DNA of 64,000 bases from Raillietiella orientalis (Eukaryota), in assembly GCA_036172245.1 (NCBI GenBank), contig JAYWIR010000014.1:372001-436000 (forward strand). Direction: 5' to 3'. Made by a program: the position numbers and the translations under genes. Of this stretch, positions 13,200-25,300 are shown piece after piece (the stretch's first letter is position 1; each line of letters starts with the position of its first letter). The notes under the pieces are model-generated. The model ran no database searches, was not told where the DNA came from, and saw only the letters and a list, made by a program, of their open reading frames with translations.

Positions 13200-15340
13200 C
13201 TGAAAAACTAAACTGTTCCAGCAGATTCAGAAGGAACTCCTGAGCGACTCAGTCAAAAGCTTTTTGAAGGTCAACTGTGACAGTAGGTGCTCCCTTCTCT
13301 GGTGAAATGACGCTGAACCCTCCGCACAGCTCGAGCTCTTTTTAGAAGCGTCCGCGACTTTTTTCCTCCGCATGAACCAACCGTAGTTGTTGAGCAGGTG
13401 GGGCATCCATGGTTTGATCTGGGATCTCATAGGTCTGTTCCGCGCTATGAATTCCGGCAACTGCCCTCCCCCATTTGCACGCTCTACACATTGAAAAGCA
13501 ACTTGACAGCAGTGTTCATGATGAGGTTTTTGTATGGTTCGTAGCTGACTGATCTGAAGTCAGGTCTGTCTCCCAGGTAGACAGAGCTCATTTATGGACG
13601 ATGGAGGTAGTAAAGGGGTCACCAAGCCGTCTAGTAGCCTCCTCCAACAGCCTGCGCGCGCTCGCCTCGAGCAACTCTGTAACCCAGTTCTAATCGGGAG
13701 GTGCTCTCGCGTACAGGCAGGAATCCTATTGTCTTACTACGCTTCATTTGTGCTTAATCGAGAAGTACACTTGGCCTTCAGTGTGTAGGAGGCCTGCTGC
13801 ACTCGATTGTCAGTTTGTTGTTCCGCTGAGACAGTGTATTCCTTGAGGCATCTGACATAGGACTGTCCGCTGAAAGGGTGGGCTTGCAGAAAGACTTCCC
13901 TGCGCCCTTGCCACGAGCCAAAACCTTCCGGTAGGAGATGCGGAAGATACCATGGATTTTTTCATGAGATGATGGGACATATGGAAATTGTATTGATTTC
14001 TAATCTTAATCAGATTATTAGTCAACTATTGAATGAATAACCTTAGAACTAATCCCTACTCCACTAGCAGTCACCCTAATCATCTCCTCAATCTCCCTTC
14101 TCATCTACCTCCGAACTTGATCTCTTGTGTTGATAGAGCAGTCCATCAGGAAGGTTCGGAGTTCTTTCCGGGCTTCCGGATGGCTGATCCAGCCTTCAAA
14201 CACAAACACAATGTCAAAATTTTTGAGTGACTCCGCTGTCGCGCAGCTCTTTGCGTCGTTCTACAGACCCATGCAGTTGATGCTCCACACAACCATGCGG
14301 TTCGTGCGCACAGAGGCTAACCCTCCCATTACTCCCGGAAAGACGTCGGGCTTCCCGCCTTTTCATGTGGTGGAAGAGGTCGTCTAGCCGCAAGCTGAAG
14401 GGTAGCCCCAAACTAATCCTCTGGAGAGTCAGGAAGATGGGTTGCACATGCTTCCTCTAGCGTAGCGTTGGAAGGACTTAACTTTCTCGACGTTTTCTCA
14501 CTATGAACCACCTCCCTCCCGAAGGTTTTGGAGCGCAGTCCACTGGCAGGTAGGTCCACACGATTTTCTCGCACTGTAGCACTGCATTTCGGACTCGAAG
14601 GCCCCCCAGCTCAAGATGCCCGAGATGACTTTCTGGGGAGTAGTGTCTCCCTTTGCAAGTGAGAGGGAGTCGCGAAGACTGGGGATGATACAATCTCTGT
14701 CGCCACTCTATTCATTCCAAGGGCTCATTTTGACCACTGGGGTCTCTGCTTCCATTGTGTATGGTATTGTTCCCTTCGTAGTACTGTTCCCTTTGAGCGA
14801 GGTACTGTTTCCGAAAGGCTTCCGAATTTCTGTTTTTCGTGCCTTCCGCCTTAGGCAGAAACACTCCCCACATCTTTCCGATTCAAGCATGCGTCGGATG
14901 CAGCCGCTGCATTTTCCGGCTCCTGGGCTGGCTGAGAGTGGCTACCTTTTCCGTCCCCGTGGACATAATTTCTGTGCATCCTTTTCGTTTGCGATAGCCT
15001 GGCATGCGGCCTGCACGTGTTCCAGATGATTGCAGCGAGGGGGAGTGCATCTGGTGTTCGAGCACAGCTCCTTCAGTTGTCCTTGCAAAGCCCACAAATT
15101 TGGACAGACCCACGAACCACTCACCGGCGATTTTGCCGTCGATGCGTGGTTCTTGAGGAACATCGGTTTATTTTGCACAGTTATAAGAGTTCCTTCCGGT
15201 CCGCTGAACGTTTTAAAGGGAGCAGCATGACACGCTATTGCGCCATCTGCTTCGACAGAGCCGAACTTTGATGGTTCGACCACTACCACATTTTGGGATA
15301 CATAGACAGTGATTCCCTTCAGATGGATCATAATAGATTA
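13200..15340 (-). mobile_element. Older LINE ORF2 relic (RT to C-terminus)
   Basis: ELGGLRVRN (~14610; post-RT GGLG motif), KMWGVFL (~14870; KYLG-like) and a Cys/His-containing remnant near 13500. Confidence 0.45.
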
Positions 15341-15399
15341 GGGATAAAAAATACCCTCCTCCTTTTTATACATATTGGAGACTTTAGTAGGCAGTGGGC

Positions 15400-16284
15400 C
15401 AACGCTACATTTGTGTAGAGTAGTTCCATCCCTTTCCTCCATCGAGAATCATCAGCGCTCACAAGACGCCGCGGAGCACTCTAAGACGTTAATGTCCCTT
15501 GATGGAACGGGCATGGAAAGAACATTTTATATACTACTGGACAACATAGACCCTTGTCTCCAAATCCGCCACTTCATCCCTTCTGGCCGAGGAAGCCATT
15601 GTTTCACAGGAGCTCCTCAGCGCAGCTTTCACCTAAGGAGCACCGTCGCCTTCAAGGGTGATCTACTCCAGGGAACTGGTCTCAAAATGAGAGGTTTGAA
15701 GAGGGAACTCCATGATATTCTTTACGAGGTATGTGGAATATGTGGGACAGTCCTCCATCGATCATTCTAGACACATTAAGGTCAAGAAACTATACAAATA
15801 AGAAGTCATTTCTTTATCCCAAAGAAAAATTCAAGCTCGCGAAAGCGCTTGCAAAACACGTTTGGCGTGACCGTGTGAGAACCCTGTTAAAGTCTGTCCA
15901 TTGGACGACTTTTGTGAAACAAAAGTCGTCCAATGGAACACCAAGGTACTTGAATTGCTTGCCCGTGGGGATTCCCAAGCGGGCCCATTTCGATTGCTCT
16001 TTCTCCGACGCTCCATCAGGGACTTTCCCTCCCCCGACTTCATCCTGTTGATGCACATGACCTCCCCCTCTCCAGAAGCATCAACTCAGAACATGCCTCG
16101 AGCGACGCGCCGGGATAAATGTGGATATCAGAAGCAGGTCGAGATGGATAGGCGGGAGGGAGCTGTTTCTCACCCGGGTGCGCCGGGGCGTTTGTTTCTA
16201 AATTATCCAGGAACAGAGTTCCCGGACAAAGGACACAGAAAAAACGAAGGGAGGGATCCTCGACACGCACGTCGGTAAACCGAA
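15400..16284 (-). mobile_element. Degenerate LINE RT fragment related to the main element
   Basis: RLGIPTGKQFKYLGVPL versus RLGIPTAMSFKYLGVPL in the main element. Upstream VRVEDPSLRFFCVL is RQGDPLS-like. Confidence 0.8.
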
Positions 16285-16390
16285 AGTCCGGAATGGGAGG
16301 GAGAGGACCACAAATGCACATATAAAAAATAGAAACAAAGATATGGGGAGGGCAGGGGACAGTGGTCTTTGGTTTGGCCATTCCTTTCCT

Positions 16391-19300
16391 TCAGAACCGG
16401 ATATGGATGCCGGTGATCTTGCTCCTAACGTCCTCTGGAAGGTGGGCCCACTCGGTAGCCGACGCCATGTTCATGCCGGCTATTCCGGTGGCCTGACGAC
16501 GAATCGCCTGCTCCTCCAGCTCTCGGTGGGCCTTGTCGATGGCGCGGGTGCAACACACGGTTGCAACGACAGCACCCAAAGACAGGCCGCCTGGCGTGAA
16601 GAAGCGGCACATCAAGTCCCTCGCGGTGCCCCTCTGGTGCAGGAGAGCTGAGGCCAGCCTCCTCCAAAGTCCTTGGAGGGCACCGCAGTCCAAAAGCAGG
16701 TGCGGGAGCGTTTCCACTTCCCCGCACCGCTTACAGTTTGGGGAGACAACTCCTCCGGAAACACGGTTCGTCCGCTGGTTGGAGTGAAAACCCCAATGCA
16801 TCAGCATGATCACGTCCTGCTTCCACGAAAGGGGGAACACAGAAGTGTTCAAACAGGAGGGAGGGACCACAAGTTCTTCGGGGGGCACACTCAAGTGTTC
16901 ACTCCACCGAAGGAGTCCCTTCGGAACGTGGCGAGGCGTGGCGGCGTCTGCCAGCTCGCAAGTCCTCCAGCCGCCAATAGGTCGCGTTGCACCTGCGATG
17001 GTGCAGGCGACCTCCCACCTCGCCGGCAGGCAGCTGTCATCAGTGTCCCTGAGGGCTGACAGCGCGTCGGCGAGGGGCGTGACGGCCAGGAGAGTCCACT
17101 TCTCCTGGCTGTTCCAGACCTCATCCGCCGTGCAGTACGGGGAGAGGTTGGCACAACGGAGTTCCAAGAGCAAAACATCCTGTTGCTTTGCCCAGGCATG
17201 CAACGATTCCTGCCGCCAGGCCTCAAAGTTCGTTGGGCGGCAGGAGATCCATGCATGGGCTAGCAGGAGCACGTAGAGAGGTTTGAAGGGGAAACCGAAG
17301 CTTCTCGTGGTGAGGGACAGAAGGCCATCGCTGCCGGTGCAGCGCCGCAGTAGCAGGCTCGCGGAAGCACACCACGGAGTAGACCAAAGGTTGGCGCACA
17401 GAGCCAGTTCGAAACTGCACCTGCAGCTCGATTCTCTCCAGTGTCAGGATGTCCAAGCCGGCATCCCGACGCGGAGCCGCCAAGCTTTGAGGCGGATCCT
17501 GGACCTCGCAGGTCCCCACAGAGCGTTCTTCAACAGGCTTTGCGCGTGGAGCTTGGCCGAGTAGGTGGCGGAAAAACAAAAAGCAGGGGGCGTAAGAGGG
17601 GGGCAACAAAAGTGTCCCATACGGTGGCCCGCTCCGGCAGGAGGAACCTGCCATGGTGGAACGGGCTCAGGGCATTCGAAGCCTTCCGAAGGCAGTCCGA
17701 CCACGCTTCCACTGGGCTGATGTTCCCCAGCGGGACGCCTAAGTATTTGAAAGACATAGCGGTCGGGATCCCCAGGCGGAACCAGTCGGACTGCCCCTCC
17801 CACGCCGCACCAACAGGAACGACCACGCTCTTATTCCGGTTTACGCTCATGCCCGCTCCCCGGCGAGTTAGTTCGAAGAAATCCTCGAGACTGGACGTCG
17901 GGGTGGTCATGGGCAAAAGGAAAAGCAGGTCATCGGCATAGACCGCCACGGAAGGCGTACCTGGACAAGAGCTCGGCAGGCTGGCCAGTGTCAGCCTGTA
18001 CGCCCTCAGCACCAACTCAAAGAAGATGCTGAAGAGCAACAGACTTAAACTGTCACCCTGCCTGATGCCCCGCCGCACCGGCACGCCGTACACGTGGCAG
18101 CCGCTAAAAGAGATGGAAATGAGCGCGTGGCGCCAGCAAGCGCACAAATACGCCACTAGGTGCACCGAGAGACCGAGGCGTTCCAGGAGCACCAGAAAGA
18201 GATCCTGATTCACTCAGTCGAACGCATTGCGGAGATCGACCGCGACCGCCAAGGCACCCGGCGCTTCTTCAGGCCGAATGCACCTTCGCCTAGAGGAGGC
18301 AGCCGCGGCTGCTGACCTCTGGCTGTTGTGCGCCACGCACCTCTGTAACTCGAGCCACGTGCGCGAGAAGAACAGGTTCGCCTCCATGGACCGTCCAGGA
18401 ACAGCGTAGGACTGCTCCGGATCCTGCGATCCTGCCTAGGCGCGCGACCCAGAGCTTGGAGAACAACTTGACGTCCGAATTTACCAAGGTGATCGGACGC
18501 CAGTTGCTTAATTGGCGCATGTCTCCGCCTTTCGGCAGCAGACGCACCCTTGCTGAGCGAAACGAGGCCGGGACATTGCCCGTCTCTCGCATCAGCGTAG
18601 AAAGGCTCAGCACCAGGGGGATGAGTTCCGCCGCGAAGCCCTGGTAGAACTCCGCAGGCAGACCATCCTCACCTGGCGCTTTTCGCCTTTTCAGGCCCGC
18701 TATGGAGAAAGACACTTCTTTCGCCGTGAAGGGCTAGTCCAAAGTGGCGCGTTCCTCCTCGTCGACAGCAGGGGCATCCGCCGGCAGAAGCAGCTCGGAG
18801 AGACTGAGTTCCGTCGACTCCCTAGCATACAACGAGGAGTAGTAGAGCTTTAAGAGGCGGCGAGCATCAGCCGCGCCCGAGCATTCCAGGCCTTGGTCAT
18901 CGAGCAGACAAGCCGCTCCTGACTGCCAGACCTGGCGCTCGGCCTTGGCCTTGTACTCCGCAAGGTACCGGACGTCCGGGCATCGGGAGAATTGGCGGGC
19001 CTGCAGAAACTCTCTGCTGTTGGCCACACCTTCTCCGAAGCCACGGGGAAGCAGGCGCAAGGGGAACCGGCTGCAGAACTCGCGGACCGATCTTTTCAGA
19101 TCGTCCCAGTCCACGAGCCCCCGAACGGTCAAGCTCCGGAGATGCTGGCGGAGGTGCTCCACAGCCACCGGATTTCTCAACCAGTCGGCCGGCAACCTCC
19201 AGACGTGCGTCGGAGGACCCTTGCCAGGCGGGAGTAACTCCAACTCCAGCCTGTGGTGGTCGGAAAGCTCTGACGGCACGGGACCTCTTCGACCCACCCG

Positions 19301-19930
19301 ACAATGCAGGTGATCGTCGAGGAACACATGGTCCGGCAAAGCACGCACCCCGGGATCGTCGGCCAGCAAATTCGAAGCGTGCACGGACGCGCACAGCTCG
19401 TTCACCAGCCGCTTCTCCCGGCGACGGTGTGTCTCCTCCGATAGCGCGTGGACGTTAAAGTCCCCGGCTACGAGGTGAGCCACGTCGGGGCCGGAGCTGC
19501 TGAGCCAGCGGTCGCGCAGTCTCTCGAAAAACTCGAGTTTCTCGGTGTGACGCGCGGAGCCGCACGGCCCGTACACGTTCGTGACGACAAGGTCGATCGA
19601 TTCGGACCACTTGAGGACAAGTTGGCCCATACGACCTTCCTGGTCGAAACAAACGTTCCGCACCGCCCCCGCCACCCTGCCCCGGACAAGGAATGCTACT
19701 CCGCAGGTATTTTGGGAGCCTGACCTCCAATAGAGCGTCCCGCAAGCCCGACCTGCCAGATCGGCCGCTTGCCGTTCGGAGAGCGTGAATCTCCTGCAGC
19801 AGGGCCAGATCGAAGTCGCGCAAGACGCTACCAATCACCTCTTCTCGTTGTCCTGCAGCCCGTTGACGTTCCAACAGGCCACTCGGACGCGACGAGAAGA
19901 TGCGAGCCCGCACACTATTGCTTCGGACAT
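16391..19930 (-). pseudogene. LINE ORF2 (APE endonuclease-reverse transcriptase-zf-RVT), broken by stops and frameshifts
   Basis: ATG at 19930 reads MSEAIVCGLASSRRVRVACWNVNG. Pieces are in ORFs 18734..19834, 18290..18715, 17530..18213, 17223..17654 and 16391..17272. In-frame stops at ~19837, 18734-18736 and ~18215 (AFD*V); frameshifts near 19800, 18410, 17560 and 17290. The 3540-nt span is typical of ORF2. Confidence 0.92.
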
Positions 19931-20987
19931 GGAGGTGCGTTCCTCGCCCCGTCCGGCGAGGCATCAGCCGCGAGCACGGTGGATCGGGGAACGGAAGCGC
20001 ACCCTGTCTCCGCAGCGCCGCACGCGGCTGGCTCGGTGGAGTAGAGGACCATTGTCTCGGGCTCCGAGGAGCATCCGGAACCGTTCCCGGCATCAGGCTC
20101 TTGCCTGGAAAGTTTCGGCTTGCGCTCAGCCATGAGTTTAGCCGGGGCTTGGCGAGCCTTTGTGCTGCCCTCGGACTCCACCTCGGAGTCCGAATTTGGC
20201 GCACGCGGCAGGCGTTTTGCCTGCCGTCTCTTTGGCTAACAGCTTGGAGCTGGTCCAGCACTCGTAGAGGGTGCCTTCGGCGCCGATCCCCCTTGCGGGG
20301 TCGCGGTGTCGGCAGCTCCCCTCCCGCCGCGGGTGATAGCGACGGCGCGCGCAACGGCAGCGGAAGCTTTTTCGTGCGCCTTCCTTGGCGCGAGAGGCTG
20401 CCTCTTCACCCCGCCTACCTTAATGATGGGGATCGCGTGGTTTCCTCTCCTTCTTCTTTCCCCCAACGAAAGTCCAGCCAGCCTCGCCGTTCTCTGGTTT
20501 GCCTCGGCTGGGCGCGAGGGCCTGCAGGGTCCTCTACATCCGTTCCAAGGCCTCCCGTTGGGCGATGGCGGCCAGTTTTTCACTCGCCACATTTGCCTTT
20601 TGCACCTTCTTACCGGAAGGTGCGGGCAGAGTGGCAGGATTCTTTGAAGTCGCACGAGGCTTTGCAGCCTTTTCCGCGGATCGGATCGCCGTGGCCGGCT
20701 TGCCTTTCGCTGCCGGAGGGCGTGCGACCCCTTTTTGGGCGCTCCGGTGGACTTCCCGAGCGTGCCACGCTAATTCGTTCCGGAGTGGGAACGGACGGAG
20801 GAGGCGGATTTGCCGTTTGCCTGATGTTTTCCGCACGCTGGGTCGCTCGGGGCTTGCTTTGGGCAGCTTGAAGATGCTTCTTGCCCTTTTGCGCGGAATT
20901 TCGGTGAGCTTTGTTTGGGCGGGAGCTGTGTTGGCGCTGCGACTCTACGCACTGGTGCGAGGTTGCGTTTGTGCTGAAGCCAGCCAT
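19915..20987 (-). pseudogene. Putative LINE ORF1 (basic Lys/Ala/Pro-rich, low complexity; frameshifted, possibly 5'-incomplete)
   Basis: Lies directly upstream of ORF2 with the same GC-rich composition. Fragments read MAGFSTN...PRATQ, AAKGKPATAIRSAEKAAKPRATSK, GWTFVGGKKKERK and ESEGSTKARQ...PKQ*. No RRM or zinc knuckle recognised. Confidence 0.6.
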
Positions 20988-20989
20988 GG

Positions 20990-21150
20990 ATAGTGCGGTG
21001 CGGAACATTCGCTTCGGAGAGCAAGGTCGAGTGGAACGACCTGTTGCCAAGTGGTCCAAATCGATCGTGCTCGTCGTCACAAATGTTTACGCAGCAAGAG
21101 GTGCCAACAAGCGCACAGAGAGAAAAATCGTTTTTTGATGCCGCTGAAGC
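20990..21150 (+). mobile_element. Inverted fragment of a related LINE endonuclease
   Basis: SAVRNIRFGEQGRVERPVAKWSKSIVLVVTNVYA aligns with GAVRNVCFDQEGRMGQLVLKWSESIDLVVTNVYG of the main element. Shared nucleotide blocks gcggtgcggaac and aagtggtccNaatcgatcg. Confidence 0.85.
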
Positions 21151-22140
21151 GGATTTTTGGACGCACTTTCTTTAGATGTCCCAAAGATTGACAGAATTCG
21201 GGAGAATTTTGGTCTCTCTGGGATATCACCATCGAAAGTTTCGTTATCGGTATGCATATCGTGCAATGTGGTCAATTCTGGCACCATCACCTGCGCTCTG
21301 ATCAGTCCATTGAATACTTAAAAGGTCAGTGGAGCCTGATTTCACTCCAGATCGCGTGGACAGCATCGAACAGTTCGGCCACCATGATGTTTTTCGACAT
21401 GTTGGCGGTGACTCCTTAGATGGATGGTCATCAACTTGTCCTTGGAGGTAGAGAAACACCTTCTGTTCCTTCACGCTTACTTAGCGACTGAAGTGGGCGG
21501 TGGACCAACTCTGATTTGAGCAGTGTAGCTCCAAGCCCTTGCCACCACCGCGCACCAGGTAACCTGTGTCCGAAGATCGCATGAGAACACTTCGAGGAGC
21601 TGGGGCTCTTTGGCAAACTCCATGTGTCCAGACTCTTTCAGTATTGTATGCATGAAAAGGAGTGAGATCTGTATCTCCTTTCATGGGGGTTCCTGGAAAC
21701 GGCAAACTCCATGCACACGGACTTTGAATCCTAGCCTACCTTACACATGACGTCTGCACTACTCTTGTTCTGGTCACCATGTGTTCTTGATTACTGGCCA
21801 AGGAGGCATCGTCTCCTCCCAGGATTAGCCTGAAGTGGCAATCTAGTCTCCCAATGCCGGTCTGCTTTTGACTCTTCGGGTTAACCTGCTTTTGAAGAAT
21901 CATTTTACTTTTGAGGGTTTCCTGAAGGATCTACATGTTATCCTTCACAACGGATATGAACAAACCTCTTGGCCTCCCAGGTCTCAATAAAGAGAAACTT
22001 CGTTAATCCCCAGGGTGAGCTGATTCGTTTACGGAGGCAACGACGGTGAGTGAATTCGAGAAACACGTCCTTACTCTTTGCATGACCAGATAAAAAACGC
22101 AGAGCCCCTGGAGTCACTAGCACTGAGGGAAAGACGGTTC
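21150..22140 (-). mobile_element. Older degenerate LINE APE endonuclease region
   Basis: Minus-strand LILGGDD (~21815; GDFN-like) and KSELVHRPL (~21500; SDH-like) in the expected order. Confidence 0.55.
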
Positions 22141-22299
22141 TCTTGCTTATTCATTTATTGGTTCTCCCTCTCCAGCTTCCATTTCTTCCTGCGTTGCCAA
22201 CAAGAGGTTTAAAGGATGCATGTTAACGGAAGTACGTGCTTTTGACCTTTTTTTTTATTTAAAAAGTAATCTGTTTATTTACTCATTCCAATAAGTGCT

Positions 22300-23510
22300 C
22301 CTGAGTTCGTCTGCATCCTGCTCTGGTTGTCACGGTGTCGATAGGAGGTTATACTGGGCAGAAGAACAGCACCCATTTCTTCGGTGCGACTTCTGGCTCA
22401 GCTCGAAACTCTTCGTGAAGGATAAAAATGAAAACGGAAACCTCCAAGGGTTCAGGCAAGAGGTAGAGAGGAATCTTGTCATTGGTTTCACTGGATGGGA
22501 GCAATTGCAAGAAAGAGCATGTTAAGCATGTACAATAGGAAACAAAGGAAAAGTAGAGATGGAGGTGGAAGGGTGAATGACCAAAAGATCCTGATCTTGT
22601 TGAATGGTCGACACTCTTCGACAAGGCAGAAAGGTACAACTTGACAACACTCCACAGGATGAGCAGCTTCCTTGAGAAGTGAGTGCCATGAACAGAGTTG
22701 GGAATATTGAAGGCAGTGTACGTAAGAAGAAGGACGTTGATGGTGCTATTATTGAAAGTGCCGAAGGGAATGAAGTTTAATGTGAGCGCGCAGATGCTAT
22801 TGAGTGAAAAACTCGAAATATGGGTTAATAAAGGGTGGATAGAAAGAGTTGGAAAAAGATGTGTGCCTATGATCTTCGGTAGAGGGGTTAAAACATCTAT
22901 TTACATTTCTTCCTGGTTCATTTGTCAAGTTATCATGCATTTCAGATGACTCTTCGGACGGAATAAGTGGATATCTTTATGTCTAGAATCCATGAGGAAT
23001 AAAAATGAGTTCTGAAATGATTGGTGTTTCTAGAAAACCGTGTTAATAAACGTCGATAGCAGAATTCGTTGCGACAGCCCATTAGTGATGCAGGCGATGA
23101 ACAAATTGCAGGAGTTTAGAATAGTCGATAACAGGATAAGGTCGCACTTCAGTTTAAAAATTATCATGGAAAAGCAGATGAGTAAAAATGTATGAGAGAG
23201 GGAGGTAGGATGATGGCTTGTTCTATATCCCAAGTGAAGAAAATGACTGTGTAAGTAGAAAAAAAAAAAAAGTGAGTGGGAATTGCTGATGCGAACATTG
23301 AGTTTCATGATGTTATGACAAGACTGAATATTCGGGAAATGTAATTCGAAAGGAGCAGCTCTGAAAGGAACGATGTTGATGGAGAGTCTGTGGGGAGCCT
23401 TAAAATACCAACAGGAGCTACAGCGTCGCACATAGCAGCGTCGTACGAATGAAAAGGAGTGGGATTTGTATCTCTTTTTATGGGGATCCTGAAAACGGGA
23501 ATCTGTGAAC
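22300..23510 (-). mobile_element. Possible degenerate LINE ORF1 (gag-like, zinc knuckles)
   Basis: GSFGHSPFH...YCTCLTC and CNCSHP clusters resemble decayed CCHC knuckles. It lies upstream of the 21.2-22.1 kb APE relic. Confidence 0.35.
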
Positions 23511-24049
23511 AAATAATCCTAGTAAGGCGAGAGTTTATGCTAGAGCTGGTTTGTAAGTAGAAGGAACTTCATGCTTGGAATTCAGCTGAAATAGAATGCC
23601 GAAAAGATGAAACAAAGATTCTCAATTTTTCAAAATTCTCAAGTCAAAGGAGACATATTTCTTCTGCCTTCCAAAGAAAAATACTCATCTTCAGTACCTG
23701 ATTCTACTCACAAGTCTTTGGGAACTAACGGTTGCTTTTGCAATCCGAAAAAAAGGAAGAACTTTTCCGGAGCAGTGTCTCACAACCAGGAATTTTGTGT
23801 ACTGGAGATTAGTGGAACTCGTGAATCTCAGATCTTCTAACTGGCCAATATTGAAAGAGGAGGCACACTGGAGGAAATGCACGCAGGTTACCGACTGCTT
23901 CCTAAATGATATAGAGATTATCTTGGACTGTCATCACACATCTTGTTCAGTATTCCTCTTGTGTATAGTGTCCTCAAGCTGAGAAACTCACAAGATATCT
24001 CTGTCCAGGAAGGACAGCTTCTTCTTATATAGTGTGAGCAGGAAGATGT

Positions 24050-25300
24050 GAAAGTTCTGACACTGACACTTTATGGAAACCGAAGAGTTCCGGAGGTTTT
24101 CTTGGCTGGCGGAAAAGAGGAACAAGACTTGCTTTCACGCATCATAGGTGGTGTTCTCGCCTTAACCATCTCAAATCATGTCCCTAGGATCTTCAGATTC
24201 CTCTAGTGCTAGAATGAAAATTCTCTTTAAAACCTTTCAATTATCATCCCCGGCAAGTCATTTCGTCTAGATAATCTCTCGCTTGAGCAAGCAGGGAAGT
24301 TTCGATCTGCTCCACAGAGATGTTATGGAGTTGTTTTCTTTGGTGGCATTTTCAACTCCTTGTGTGATCTCATTGGAGAATAAGAAAACTACCTTGTCCT
24401 GCGCTGAAACAGGGATTGCTCTGGAACATATGGGGCTACAATCTTGGTTTCCAAAAACTTCAATCTTGGTTTTAGTTTTTTTTGTCCCCTTATGGGCACA
24501 GAAAAACTGATCTGAAGGATTAATTGTGGTAACATGGAATTTTGCAACGACATGGACGCAAGGAAGTTTACCAATTTCTTAAAATATCTTGGTTAATTAG
24601 GAAGATAACAGGTTATCTGAAACTTGAAAAAACGGGAATAGAATGAGGCTCATTCATGTGTGAAATGTTTAATACATAAGAACAGGTCAATTCTCCCGCA
24701 AGGTGTCCTGGCTACTTGAATAGGAAGTGACCTATTCCTATGTCTTAAATGGACTAGAAGGAAAGATTGCTTCTATCTTTGAGGAATTGTAAGATCAGTT
24801 TCGAATTATGCGTCAGATGTGCATTGAAGGACAGCTTTAAACAGCAGTCGAGCACCACAATTGCATAGAGGGAAGACAAGAAGGAATGGATGATAGTCCA
24901 GCTGCTAGGGTAACTTACTATGTATGTGTAGTGCTCATTTCTACCCAGGCTGCTTTTTTTCATGGAAGCTTATACCCAGAATATTTTCTTGCTTCACATC
25001 TCATCCGTTCTAAGCAGCAACCTTCTGGGACTCCAGAAAATCAGCACGATTGATGAGTTGTACTCAGGAATTTTTTCAGGAGCTCTACACAGTCTAAGAT
25101 CACAGCAGGAGATCTCTGGAGATTTCTAGATCCCTAGATCTCGGTAGTGTTAAGTATACTAAGAATGGCACAGAAGCAGACGTGACTGCAAGGTGAGGTA
25201 CCAAATAATACCTATCTAGAGATCTCAATCACCAAACGGCAATTGAGATCTCTAGAGAAGAGAGTATGGGAACATTTCTATTCCCTCTTCTCCCGTACTT
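24050..25300 (-). mobile_element. Highly decayed LINE RT region
   Basis: RLKFLETKI (KYLG-like) and weak upstream RT-like remnants. Confidence 0.3.

Larger units (their letters stand above)
16285..20990 (-). mobile_element. Near full-length, lesioned non-LTR retrotransposon (L1/Tx1-like LINE): ORF1-like region + ORF2 (APE-RT-CCHC) + partial 3'UTR
   Basis: Visibly GC-rich block. Ordered minus-strand motifs: RVACWNVNG, LQEIH, GVAFL, NVYGP, AGDFN, SDH (APE); KAPGEDG, NWRPITLVN, VDLRNAFD, RGIRQGDSLS, YADD, FKYLGVP (RT); CKRCGEVETLPHLLLDC (C-terminal zinc finger). A T-rich 3'UTR follows the stop. Clade call is inferred from domain order and motif style. Confidence 0.93.

Noticed and set aside
19455..20871. 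Long overlapping ORFs (323 aa on +, 299 aa on -) as novel genes
   Set aside because: These are shadow frames expected in GC-rich LINE sequence. No independent motifs, except the short frameshifted LQEIH piece that belongs to ORF2.
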